NCBI GenBank assembly: GCA_040954595.2
Contig: CM082580.2
Coordinates: 8,038,390-8,102,389, forward strand
DNA length: 64,000 nt
Direction: 5' to 3'
Source of the DNA: Balanoglossus misakiensis
Lineage: Eukaryota; Animalia; Hemichordata
The translations under genes and the position numbers were made by a program. Each line of letters opens with the position of its first letter. Positions within the stretch are counted from its first letter, which is position 1. Shown here piece after piece: positions 1-12,036 of this stretch. Under the pieces are notes generated by a model that was not told where the DNA came from, did not search any database, and was given only the letters and a program-made list of their open reading frames with translations.

Positions 1-825
1 TACGCAAAGTCCTCAGTTTAACTCTTTTCTTGTGACCCAGACTGCAAATTAATCAGTCTCCTGGGAGTTTGGCGGAGAAATTAATGTTGGGAGGAAAAAA
101 GGTCAGATGCATTAGCCACTGTTCACAAAGGTGGAAACGAAACTAAAAATAAATCGGGCGTGATGTTCGATTCATTCATTTGGCATCTATCTGCTCCTGA
201 AAATAAACATTCACCATCACGTTGGGTTTCCTTACAGGCTCTTAATTGTCTTTACATCCTTGGAATTGACAAAAACATCGTCTCAGAGATGAACAACATT
301 TGTGTTTGGCATAGTGGCAATGGAATATGCGTCATTATGCGTATGAGACTTAGTGAAGTTCCCGTGGCTCATTATTGAGAATTGTTTTTGGTCAATTAGT
401 CAGACTTGTGTTCTACCACATGGAAAATGACAATTAATATCCTTGATGTGTCAATTTCAATTCGCTGGGAGAGATTTTTAGTCGTACAGTGTAAGCGTCA
501 AAGCCCTGTCAGCATGTAGTGTACTATTGTCAAAGTCACGTACCCAGAAGAATCAAATATGAAAGCCAACCGCAGTCTGATGAGAGAAATATGTGTTTCA
601 AAGTGCTTTGCACTATGACCCCTGGGGAACCTATGATATCATTCAGTCAGTTTCTTATCAGCAGACAGGGTCCAGTAGTTTTAACCTTTCGAATGCTGCT
701 TGAAAGAAAACTTGGGTGGGTGATGTCATAGTTCATTAAGGGGTCAGGATGCGAAGGGTTAAATGCATAGAAATATCATTGAAAGTATTAATACTTGTTG
801 TCGTTCTGTGCGTACGTATAATTAG

Positions 826-3800
826 GACTCGGTGTCTGTGGAAGTGGGGTGCAGCGCCGAAGTGTGCTTTGTCTCCGTGACGACAACCAGCATGTGGGCA
901 GAGAACACTGTGACGGGGTGTCGTTGATGCCAGACGTACATAGACCCTGCAACGTGGAGTGCCCTCAAGACTGTGGAGTTTCGGAATGGTCTGATTGGCG
1001 GGAGTGTTCACAAGTGTGCGGGGCCGGTGAGTTTCTTGACTGTCACAGTTTGTTGTATAATTATGAGCTTCGTAATTTTTGGTCCCTTAACTATCGCAAG
1101 ATCAGAATAAAAAAAATCTCCGGGTTTTTTTTAAAAACAAAAGTTTTTTTTTCAGTGGCGTATGTGAGGGCGCTATCACATGACATTTATGTTCTCGAAA
1201 TTCTCACCGCGTCTTGTTATACGTAAAATCGAAAGGCAAAGTTAATTCCCTTTGACTTTTTTAAGGTCAGTGCGTCCATACCTGAAAAAAGTATTGACAA
1301 ACTATTGGCAATTATTCCTGGGAAATTGCATTATTTCCTTTAAAGAACAATTCCTTGAAAATCCCCCCCTAAACTCCTGGAAAGTCTTGGAGTTCTGCAT
1401 GATTATGAGTACAGGAACCCAGCCCGGGGCAATGACCAAAAATTGTCTTAATTGTTTTTATTAAGGTGTGAAAGAACGAATTAGAACAATTGTGGTACCG
1501 GCTAGAAATGGAGGAAGTATTTGCCCACCCACCACTGAAAAAGCTGTATGTTTGAACAGTCCATGTGAAATATTCGAATGGCAGGTGCATGAGGTAAGAA
1601 CTGATCAATAATTGGCTTGAATTGATATTTTATTGATGAAGTACTTTCTTCTGTCTGTTTAAATTGTTTGTTTATTAATTTAATTATGCTTTTATTGTTT
1701 GTTTACCCGTGATAGTGGAGTGTCTGTACACTGCCGGCCGATGTCAGCTGTGGCATTGGTACGCAGACAAGAGATGTTATCTGCCCAGCTGGACAGTCTC
1801 TCGAAGACCAGTGTCAGCTCGTGAAGCCTAAGCCGGAAGCTTCTAGATCTTGTGAGCTGCCGTGTCCAGGTAAAGATAAAGGTGTTGTCTTTTTTCAGTC
1901 TTGCTGTCCTGATGGTCATGTAAATTTGAAACCATGAAGATACAGCTTAACTCAGCCATTAACCATATTGTCCCATCAATGCATACTCAATCTGCATCTG
2001 TGATTATAAATTGGCAGACCCCAGCTATACCAAAGAATTAAACTTGTGGTAGAATTCTGGAATGTCTGATGTAAATAATTCGATTTCATCCCATCATGTA
2101 TGTCTTCTGTGATTGACAGGTGACTGCGTGATGAGCTCGTGGTCTGAATTCTCGGACTGCAGCGAGCCGTGCCCCGTCGGCGGCGTGAAGAGCCGAAGCA
2201 GGGAGATCATCCGCCAGCCGTCCGCAGAGGGCAAGCGCTGCGGCGAGGAGGTGGAGTTCGTGCAGTGCAACAAGGAACCCTGCGTGCCACTGAGTTACGC
2301 AGTGGGGCTGGGAGAGTGGGCGGATTGCCAGCTGGTTTCAGGCGACTGCGGCCGAGGTCAGTGGGAATTTGGCATCATCATCATCATCAGCATCATCATC
2401 ATCATCGTCATCATCATCATCATCATCATCATCATGACTATCATCATCTTAGTGATTGTGATCACTACTGGCCTATTGTCTTCAATTTCACTATAACCAC
2501 CACCAAATCTTTTCTTTTAGCTCATCACTGTCACATTTAAAGATAACATCATGTAGTTTCCTTTCTGAAAGGAAGCTGTAATTTTGACAGATTTAAGAGC
2601 CAACAGAGAATGACTTTCGTTCTTTATGACTCCACAGGGTACAGGCAGAGACCAATCAACTGTGTAAGATCAGACGGAGTGGTGGTGTCTCCTAGCAACT
2701 GCCAAGACTTTGACGTGACTCTCTCCATAGAGCCCTGTGGGTTAGAGTGCTCTGAAGACTGCATCCTCAGCGACTACTCTGATTGGTCAATGTGCAGTCA
2801 CATGTGTGGCATGGACGGCCGCAAGACCAGGTCGAGGACGGTGGAAAATCCATCGAAGCATTTGGGAAGACCCTGTCAACATGAGCTTACACAAGTTAGT
2901 AGATACAGTGATATCGATCAAAGCCTCATATACAGTCAAACTTGATTTAGTCACTTGTCTTTTCGTAACCAATTGTCTCATATCTTTCTTCGTACAGACA
3001 ACACCTTGCAATGTGAAACCATGCCATCAGTATGAGTGGCACCGCAGCGAGTGGTCGCGATGCAGTGTCGCTAACAGAGGCTGCGGTTTCGGAGAGAAGA
3101 CACGGACAGTGGAGTGCAGAAGAAGCGATGGACATGTTGTAGATGATGTGCTGTGTATTTTACAGGGTATGTTGCAGCTTTGACCACGTTGGACCACAAA
3201 CTCATTTTGTTTACACAGCTAGGTTAAGCTGTACATGTATGATAGATTTGACACACTTTATAGTAAAAAACAAACTTTTTTTTTCAGGTGACCATTACAG
3301 TGACTTGACCGACCTGCAGAAGCTAACTGGAAGTTTGAACAAGACAGACCTGGACTTGGAGACCACAATACCATGTGGTAGTGCCTGTCCTGGAGACTGT
3401 CAGGTATTGCCATCCCTCACACATGTGCGTGCACACACCCATGCACACCCACAGACACACACAATCACGCTATTCTTAATCTTTGTAAGGTCTTTTCTTC
3501 ATACAGAAATGTTATTGTCACCACAATGACAGGGTTAAAGTACCCTGCCTCACTTTTTATCGCATTTTCCTGCACGATCTCTGATATAGGTTTCAGATTG
3601 GAGTGACTTCAGCCCGTGTTTCAGCACCTGTAACTATGACGACAGCGGCTGGTCGGTTAGAAGTCGCTACGTCACGCAGAGACAAGCAGAGGGCGGTGAA
3701 CCTTGTCCAGACGATCTCCTGGAAGTGAAGTAAGTTGAGTTGATTTTTTGGTTGGAAAGAATAAAGATTTGCCTTATTATTATCCCAGGAGTGTCAATCC

Positions 3801-6800
3801 ATTTTATCTGATGACGATTTGGCAAAAAATGAATTCTCCTCTCTGTGTCGTGTACTCAAACATCAATGATTATGTTTTACCCAGCCTAACTGATTGCCAA
3901 TTCGCAGTGGCAAACACAGTTGATTTCATTAACAATGGCCATCACTGGATAAAAATGGAGTAATTCAATAATCTTGTCTGTTGATGGGCGACTGTGATCA
4001 GACAAATGTATAGGTTCATTTGGTTATCACTCCAGAATAAAATTTAGCAACAGACTGAATGATTACATGACCTGGCTGATGAGGATAATGAACCTTCTCT
4101 GATCTAATTGAAATCTCACTGTTCACTCACGGCTAAATATTGTGTGGTGTCGAAATGACCTGAGGGACAAACGCATAATGCAATTTTTTATTAGCCCAGT
4201 GTAAATCTGTCAGAAGAAACCATTTAGTCGGAGAACTGTGAGACCGCGGAGAGGTTAAAAGGCTCTCAGTGTCGCTGTAATTTATAGCAACAGTCTGTAA
4301 TGATTTCTGATTGAAAAGAGCACCGGGAAATGTATTTGTCGAGATGTCGTGCCTGCGAGGTTCTGTCACACTGTTGCCAAGAAGTATGATCCCGGTGTAG
4401 CAAGCTAATTGTTTTTGCTTCTCAACTGTGTTTAGCCTCAGGGCGAAAGCGGTTTTGCAAACAGAGGTTATGCTGTTATCTCCCATTAAACGGGATGCGC
4501 TATTATAGTGTGGTGCGTGTCTTTGAGCTATCTCCAGATGACGCCGATGTTGCAAGGTTACCTTGACCGCAATCTGTTATAACACAGTGTTAATGTAAAA
4601 GTGGAACGTTACCCAGTATTTTAGTTTTCAGAGTACAATAGGGATATCACAAATAGATATATCATGATTGGTTCATTGACATCATTTTCCAAAAAATAGC
4701 CAGAACGTTAAAAAGAAAAAGAAAGCTTCAATACACTCCTTTTAATAATTTTGTTGTTTCACCCACTAGGACCTGTCCTCTGTCCGAAGCTGTGTGTCCA
4801 AAATTTGTGTGGCAAGCAAGTGACTGGAATGACCTCAACGGACTCCGGGATGTCTGGTGTCAACTGGACGGTAAGTAAATAACAATGCAACCATGCATTC
4901 TTTTCTGATGGCCTAAACATGTGTTTTGCATGAACTTTATTAGACACTTTCAATTTATTCTCACAATTCAAATGATTTAGATCACCTGTCGGGAATAGTA
5001 AATAAATAACACAGATATGAGAAAGAGATGCACACCTGCTGAGCAAGTAATCAAGTTTGGCCATTGTTTTCATATACATGTATGCAATAAATCACAATGA
5101 GTAACAATAAAACTGCTCCCAGGTATATAGATCTAACAAAAATACTGTGTGGTTATATTAGAAAAAAAATGTATAATGTATCAGTAGAAGTTCGAAGAGT
5201 GAGACTTAAAGCAGAGTCAATAAGATTACATGACTACCATTCCAATTCATGTCTTTATCTGTGTTTTTTAAGTGGTAGTTTATTATATTTTCTGGAATAT
5301 AATTCGATTTGACAATATGAAAATACGTCAATTTGCAGGGTATTGTTGCAATGTTTTTTTAAATTGTCTCAGTAATCTAGAAGAGTAAAAAGAAGTCAAC
5401 CTCTGTGTTTGTTTTGCAGGGTTTGGTGTCAATGTGACGGGAGGCTGCGCAGATAAAGACAAACCATCAGCCGCATCAGAATGCCAAATGTTGTGTGATG
5501 AGCCTTTTACGGAATGTCAAGACGGACAGTGTCGATGCCAGCCGGGAATGACAAGTAAGTCGCTCTGTGTGCGTCGTATTGAGAGTCTTCGCCCGACAGT
5601 GAATGCATCAAGCTTTCAAAGGAGCAAGACGCCTGAATGTTCTGTTCCTGATCTGGAAAGAGATACAAATTGTATGCTAGTATATTCTAGCCCCATGGGG
5701 AGATATTGATATGAAAATCTCCATAGGGATCCTCTGTTGCATAGTTGTATTCTTTTTCTGCATCAGCTAATTTGACCACTTTTGTCACAAAACACAGAAC
5801 TAACTAAATATCAGACTTGATGAAGTATTAATATATATAGTGATGTGATGCATAAGATTTTCAACATGGTATAGTGTGTTGGAATTGAGTACCAGATGTC
5901 ATTGAATGTGGGTTAACTCGAAAGAGTGCATTGTATCTTGTTCTTTCAAATTGAGTTACCAACTTCGTCAGAGTGTGTTTGCGTGGGTGATCGACTTGAG
6001 CTAATTGTCTCTCTTTTATCTCGACTTGCAGGAATCGGGGAACAGTGTTATCCGAACGCCGGCTGCATGTCGGATGAGCACTGCATGTTCGAACACAGCT
6101 ACTGCGACGATGCAGGCAGATGCGTTTGCGAAGATGACTACGTATTATTTAATGGTATGTACTTATCTACAGTGTCTACTTATTAAATGCTAATACTCTT
6201 CAGTATGCATGATCAGGAAAAACGCCCTGAAATTGGATCCCTTACTTGACATTTGAAGATGAAACAACGTTGTTTTTGAACAATTTCCGCATGCAAATTT
6301 TGGCCTTTTGCATCTGATGAGAAATGCAAGATTGCAATGCAAATGTGTAATCCAGAAAGTGGCAAAATCATGCTAACGTACTGACGTTGGATACAGAACT
6401 CGAAGCAAAACAGATTAGAGGTGACAAATGGATGATCCAGCGTTGATGTTTGCGTGCGTGCATTGACCGTTGCGGAGTTGTGACTGTCAATCATATTTCT
6501 GTTCCCTGCAGGCGTCGGACCGTGCATTAGGGAGAAACCAGCGAGAGACTCGACAACAGCACCAAGTCTCTCAAATAACATCCTGCCGGTCGAAAAGGAC
6601 TCCTCGTCTTCCACGCAAACCGACAAGAATGGTGAGTCCCCAAAAGGGCTGTTGTGTTAATTCAGAGCCTACGTGTATGGAATTCACCAAGCGACCAATG
6701 TCTGCTGTTGCTACTTTATCTCGTCATATTTAATTTAAATGTAAATGTGTCTGTTGATGAATCCTAGCGCGGATTTTCGCTGCTGGGATCATCACACAAA

Positions 6801-7569
6801 AATCCTTGCAATCACAAGAAATATCAGCTTACGGTACTCATACTTTCTATTCTCACGCACCACCCACTGACAGAGTATACACGCCACAAGGATAATCAAC
6901 TGTCTATTGAAAAGTGTCGTAGCCGTAATACACAACAGTGCGATTCAAAAGAAACATCATCCTTTTCAACACTTTACCCTAGAAAGGCGAAATGTCTTTT
7001 TATTTGAGGTTAACTTGACATCAAGTTGACTTCTGTAAGGTTCTAGGGCTTGTGAGCTTGAAATAAATAATATCATGTTCGTTGAATTATTAAAAGCAGA
7101 TGGTTCTTAATTTTATATTAGTGGGCAGCATTCTCTTTTAAAAAAATGTTTACCCCAATTTACATGTTCGAGTGTATCCATCATCTATCTTGCCCAGCTG
7201 AGACGTTATTTGAGGTATTCTAGGAACTGGAATCCTTTTCCTGTTGAGTTACAGATGAGCCAGATGAAATTCTAAGTGCTGAACTCGTACATGCACTCTT
7301 GACTTTTGTAACAGACGCCAGTTCATTAATTGTGGTTACCTCTTGTCTGAGACAGCAAGCCATGTCTGTGATGTGATTACTATTTTTCATTTTATAGGAG
7401 ATCTGTGGAAGTACGTTGCCATAGCAGTTGGTGGATGTCTTGCCGTTGTGCTGGCGGTCTTAATTGCTGTGATAGTAATTATGCGGTAAGGAAGTGGCTG
7501 TTGTTATCGGAACTGTGAATGTCCCCATAATGCATGGTATGAAATATTCTACATTGATCTCATTACATG

Positions 7570-7604
<35 letters not shown>

Positions 7605-7762
7605 TTCTTTGCAGACGAAAACGGTCAAGTAACCATGGAGAGGTGAAGACCACGGCCAACACAGTGGAATTCAAACATAACAACTTAGATGTCAACAATT
7701 ACAATAAATTAAATGAAAAACTGTCCAATCTGGGGAAGGACGCAATACCGTCAAAGTGCTGA
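826..7762 (+). CDS. THSD7A: Thrombospondin type-1 domain-containing protein 7 (THSD7A/B)-like single-pass membrane protein, 5'-partial, 14 exons in window
   Basis: Hand-spliced GT-AG exons with consistent phase: 826-1026, 1466-1593, 1716-1869, 2120-2356, 2638-2894, 2998-3166, 3288-3403, 3590-3729, 4770-4870, 5420-5554, 6032-6154, 6512-6631, 7398-7485, 7615-7762 (TGA). Alternating TSP1 types (DCxxSxWSxWxxCS...RxR and WxxC...CGxGxxxRxVxC), then Cys-rich EGF/EB-like modules, TM helix LWKYVAIAVGGCLAVVLAVLIAVIVIM, basic stop-transfer RRKR and a short tail. Probably a pro-ortholog of THSD7A and THSD7B. Confidence 0.85.
2373..2448 (+). repeat. (CAT)n imperfect trinucleotide microsatellite, intronic
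   Basis: Visible catcatcat... array starting just after the donor at 2357. Confidence 0.95.
7570..7600 (+). repeat. (CT)n microsatellite forming the polypyrimidine tract of the last THSD7 intron
   Basis: ctctct... directly upstream of acceptor gcag|7615. Confidence 0.9.
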
Positions 7763-8959
7763 CAGCTGCCGAATATCAGTAGTGGACGTGTTTAAGAATT
7801 GATATCTGCCACAACTTTTCCGAGGAAGTTTTATGTTGCGTTAATTTGGGTGTTTTTCGTTTGATTGTTAGAATGTAACTTCGTCATTCTTGTTTTGTTT
7901 CGATGGCCACATCTGACAGATTCGTGGAAGTGTTTTTGATATTCCTGTTTACTCTGGTTTTGCAAACTAATAAGTGCAAATATATCGTATTGTGCAGACT
8001 TCCTCTTGCCTTTTATCATACAAATATACAACATCTGTGAAATGTGTCTATCAAATATATAAGGGAGATAATCACAAATACTTACTGTCTGCTTACATAT
8101 TTCTTTGGCAGGGAAGAGTCATGTACCTTTGTATAATCTTTTGCAATTTCAACTAGAAATAAACTCTATACATGTTTATGAATTCGGATTAGCACAATTA
8201 TCTGGTTGGCTGTTGTGTGAAAAAAATCCATTACTGTCTGTGGTGTTATTTCACATTGTAAATGTATCCAGCTGCTCAGCTGCCAGAATGTATTGACTTT
8301 AGATCATGTGTTTGATAAATTTACAGAAACAAGTTATTGAATATTACTATATACGGTTATTATTACCAAGAATTTCGCTTTTAAACTGGCAATAACCAAA
8401 CTCATTTAATGTACTATAGAAGAGTTGAGAGGATTTCAAGTGTATTTTGACATTAAAACTGAAATCTTATTTTTTATTTTAACACATTTTATTGTGATAT
8501 TCATAAAGTGTTTTCCCGTTATCAAATAAATATATGGAGATGTGTTCTTTGCGCAATTCTGTACCAAATGGTTGGTTGTTTGTTTTCAAAAAAAGATTTA
8601 TATATTTTGCACAATGAATACAGAAGGACTACGTGCTCGAGTTGAATACTTAGAGTCTTATGTGTAAACTTAAACCATGCTCAAGGCAAGTGATCCACAG
8701 ATACAAAATAAAACTGGAACGGGTTGGTAAGATTCCATGTTTCAACAAAAATTGTACGGCGATTGAAAAAAACCTTCGTAAAAAATAAGGTGAGCTGCAG
8801 GGTATTGCGAGAAAGTTTGTGAAACATCTGACCTTCCGGACAATATTGTTGATTTTTATGGTTTTTGCGCCTCAAAGGCAATGTGCTTTAATACGAGTGG
8901 TGGATAAAAACCATGGAAATTCGGAAGGTCGCTCTCGAGGTCGCTAACAGAGGAATCTT

Positions 8960-8986
8960 ATCATCATCATCATCATCATCATCATC
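8960..8986 (+). repeat. (ATC)n microsatellite
   Basis: atcatcatc... about 9 units. Confidence 0.9.
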
Positions 8987-10053
8987 AACAACAAGATTCT
9001 TCTAATCCCTGTGGGCGCACAAGCAGACTGAACTTTCATAGTTCCATTTATATTGGGTGTCTTCTTCTGGGAGTAGATCAAATGGCGTAACGTTTGCATC
9101 AGAGGGCTGGTTTTTTCTGAGTTAACGGTGTGTACTCTTGATTAAACGTACGGGCCGTGCCCAACACATATGCCATTTGAACGAGTAACACTGTGTCAAC
9201 CTATTTCCCCAGTTAAGTCAGAACAACTAGTACCGTGCCTGATAGATGAGACTCTTTTTGATCGTACATAAGAAACGGTAGCGTTGGTGTCCTACTGGAT
9301 GTAATCCAGGCCAACCCTTCATCAACCCCGATAGTGGCACAACACGATGGCGCCTCTGGTATCAAACAGATCAGTCTTTATGCAACATCACCGGTTGCTC
9401 TTTCATTCGCCTCACAAAAATTCAATGCTACTTCATTCCTTTCAGTCTGTTGTTGAAAACCAACGACACTTAAATAGTAGTGAAATTTTTCGTTTTTATC
9501 ATTGTCGAATGACGTCAATTTTGCTCCAATTTTGGCTTCGACAACGAAATATTTTTGGTGATTTTAGATGATAACCTCCTTACTTTTACATGGGCATTTT
9601 TTACACCTTGGTTAAATTTTATACCAACCGATAGTAACAAGAGAAGGGTCTACCCGAACTAAATTCGATTTCTAAATATTCAAAATACCATTTCCTGCAT
9701 TAACAGAATTGAACATTCATGCATACGTGTTTCAAACCACAGTTTATTAGGTTAATGAACAAAACAGAAAGATTACAAATTCACTGAAGCATTCGGGTAT
9801 AAAGTGCAATCATACATAACTAATCAACTACGGTGAAAGTGATGACCGTTTTGTTATACAAATGTACATCAATGATAGGAGTTACGGACAGTAGAGATGC
9901 CGACGCATAAAATTGTCTGACCAAGTAACACTATTCAGCTCTCTCCACAAGTAAGTACAGTAAGGGGACAGTTCTTGGGCAAACGATCTATCTTAGTCTG
10001 TAACCCGTGAATGTTTACTGCACAAAGTTTTGATACCCTATGGCCCTTTCCCT

Positions 10054-10432
10054 TTAATGTAGTGGACTACCCAGATGCCACGATGTAATGTGTATTCCAT
10101 GGCCTTTAGAATTTTGGGAAAACACTGATGCAATATGGTAATTTTCTTGAAATATTCACAAAAAGTCCCAAAAGAGGACTGATTTTTGATAGAGCTGTTC
10201 AGATATTTCCACCAAAGGAAAACTATAGCATTTGGAGTGCGCGAAAAGTGCTGACTCAGCATTTCCGCAGTATTCCAGCCACCCCTCCTCCAACTGAAAA
10301 AGTAGGATGAGAACACCGTTTTCTCTCTATTTCAGTTTTTTTTAATTCGTTGACATAACATTTATACATATATATATATATAAAAAGGGGAAAATGGAAA
10401 TATTTTAGATTTTGAGTAGACCACTCCCTTAA
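10054..10432. mobile_element. Putative non-autonomous TTAA-targeting DNA transposon (MITE; Kolobok/piggyBac-like)
   Basis: TTAA at 10054-10057 and 10429-10432 flank ~370 bp with imperfect terminal inverted repeats (left tgtagtggactaccca; right reverse-complement gggagtggtctactca). No credible coding capacity. Confidence 0.6.
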
Positions 10433-11466
10433 CCGCTTGTCTTGACGCAACATAAACGCGACAGAATTTCACGCAGTCTGTTTTTCAGGGCTCTGTTAAA
10501 ATAACCATATATGATGGGATCCATGACGGAATTGCCCAGCGCCAGGAGACTGATGAACGAGCGGGCTTCCAGCGGTATCAGCAGGGGAGAGAAAAATGCG
10601 TCCACTATCAGGGATGAAAACAAAGGACACCAGGAGAGTTCAAAATACGCAAGGATGTAGATGACGGTGGTGAACGCCTTGCGATTGCGCCGGCGGTTGC
10701 TTCGTTTTGTCTCGGCCTTTGCGCCGTTGGTGCTGCCCGCTTCGCCGTTGTACTCCGATCCCACTGTCGCGACGACGTTCGATGGGTTGGGTGCGCCGCC
10801 GTCCGCCTGGCTCTTCGACGCGTCCACCTCGCAGTTTCGGATGCGATTGGCCTGCCGGTTGGCTATCTTCAGGATGCGGGCGTAGAGTGTGGTGGAGACG
10901 ACGATGGGGATGACCAGGCCGGTGACAAAGAGAAAGACTGAGTACCCCGGGGGGTACACTTCGCCCCTGTGACACGTGTTCGTCTTCCGCCGCCACCCCA
11001 TCACCGGCAGAAATCCGATGACGAACGCGTAGACCCACACGACGCCTATGATCGCCACCGCCCGCCCGGGAGTCATGGTGACGCGGTACTTCAGCGGCGA
11101 CGTGATGGCCAGGTATCGGTCGACCGTCACGGCGACGATGTTGGTGATCGAGCTGAGGCAGACGACGACGGTGAAACAGGCGGCGTATATGCACGTCGTG
11201 TATCCCTTCAGCAGGGCCGTCGGGAAGGCGAAGTTGACGGGGATGACGACGAAGCCGACCATCAGGTCGCTCAGCGACAAGTTCAAGATGAAGAGGTTGG
11301 TCACGGTGCGCAGGTCCGGCGTCGTCACGATGGCGAATATCAGAAGTCCGTTGCATGAGATGATCACGATCATCATCACCGCGAGAACGGACGAGTGGAA
11401 TGCCATCGACGTCACCGAATCCACCACAACTGCGGTGGTGTCGTTCAAGGTGTCGTTACCAATCAT
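10429..11466 (-). CDS. Class A (rhodopsin-like) GPCR, single coding exon; adenosine receptor/GPR119-like, non-aminergic
   Basis: Seven hydrophobic helices; N1.50 (CNGLL), LSLSD (TM2), DRYLAI (TM3), WVYAF (TM4), SWCP (TM6), DPIIY (TM7); N-terminal sequons (NDT twice); C-terminal CC. First in-frame ATG is at 11466 (the track start at 11532 is TTG). No TM3 Asp3.32. Confidence 0.92.
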   Translation of the reverse strand: MIGNDTLNDTTAVVVDSVTSMAFHSSVLAVMMIVIISCNGLLIFAIVTTPDLRTVTNLFILNLSLSDLMVGFVVIPVNFAFPTALLKGYTTCIYAACFTVVVCLSSITNIVAVTVDRYLAITSPLKYRVTMTPGRAVAIIGVVWVYAFVIGFLPVMGWRRKTNTCHRGEVYPPGYSVFLFVTGLVIPIVVSTTLYARILKIANRQANRIRNCEVDASKSQADGGAPNPSNVVATVGSEYNGEAGSTNGAKAETKRSNRRRNRKAFTTVIYILAYFELSWCPLFSSLIVDAFFSPLLIPLEARSFISLLALGNSVMDPIIYGYFNRALKNRLREILSRLCCVKTSG

Positions 11467-11933
11467 CTTGAAGCGAGACTCTGACTCAAACCGATTCCCA
11501 TAAATAACCGACGAGACGTTTGTGGCGAACAAGTGGTTGCGGGGGCTTCGAGTTCACAAACTACTTTTTGTTAACTGCGAAGATGTCTGAAGAGTTATCC
11601 GATAAGCTTAAATCTGAAATAGTTAATTTGTTTAAGTTGAACATGACGAGCTTAAAACTTCTTCGATTGAATGCTGTATTGCACATATTTATTTGCAGTT
11701 AAAAACGTTTTAGATGGATTTTTATCAGTAACATTCTATTCCCCCCCCCCCTCGTCCATACAATGCATAAACGCATCAACCATACCCGCAATCAACAAGT
11801 TGTACCACTCAGTCGGTTTCTGTAGTACATGTATTCTGACTAACCCCGGACGAAATAATCAGTATTTTTTTTTTGTTTCACATGCACCAAAATATTCCTC
11901 GAACGCCAAAGGTAACAACACATATATACTTAC

Positions 11934-12036
11934 TAACAATACGCAAGACTCCCTGCGTCTTCAAGACTCGTTGCTGCTCCGCACGCATGTACTGCAGATA
12001 TCGACATCACCGAAATACTGACGGGCCCTTTATAAA
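11934..12036 (-). promoter_or_regulatory. Putative TATA box and non-coding first exon of the GPCR
   Basis: TATAAA on - at 12029-12034; donor gtaagt on - at 11933-11928; acceptor tttcag| at 11614 leading into the coding exon. Confidence 0.4.

Noticed and set aside
1267-1421. Degenerate hAT-like MITE remnant (cctggaaa motifs ending gtacaggaaccc)
   Set aside because: Only one plausible terminus and no target-site duplication; not supportable without a repeat library.
2169-2540. Poly-His ORF
   Set aside because: Alternative frame of a THSD7 exon running into the (CAT)n microsatellite.
7760-7795. Stop-codon readthrough of THSD7 (TGA-C context)
   Set aside because: Only a ~10-codon extension, no CUAG motif or evident structure, no recognisable targeting signal.
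10640-11503. Long overlapping and antisense ORFs (238, 151, 129 aa) over the GPCR
   Set aside because: Shadow ORFs expected from the high GC3 of the real CDS; Arg/Pro-rich with no recognisable domains.
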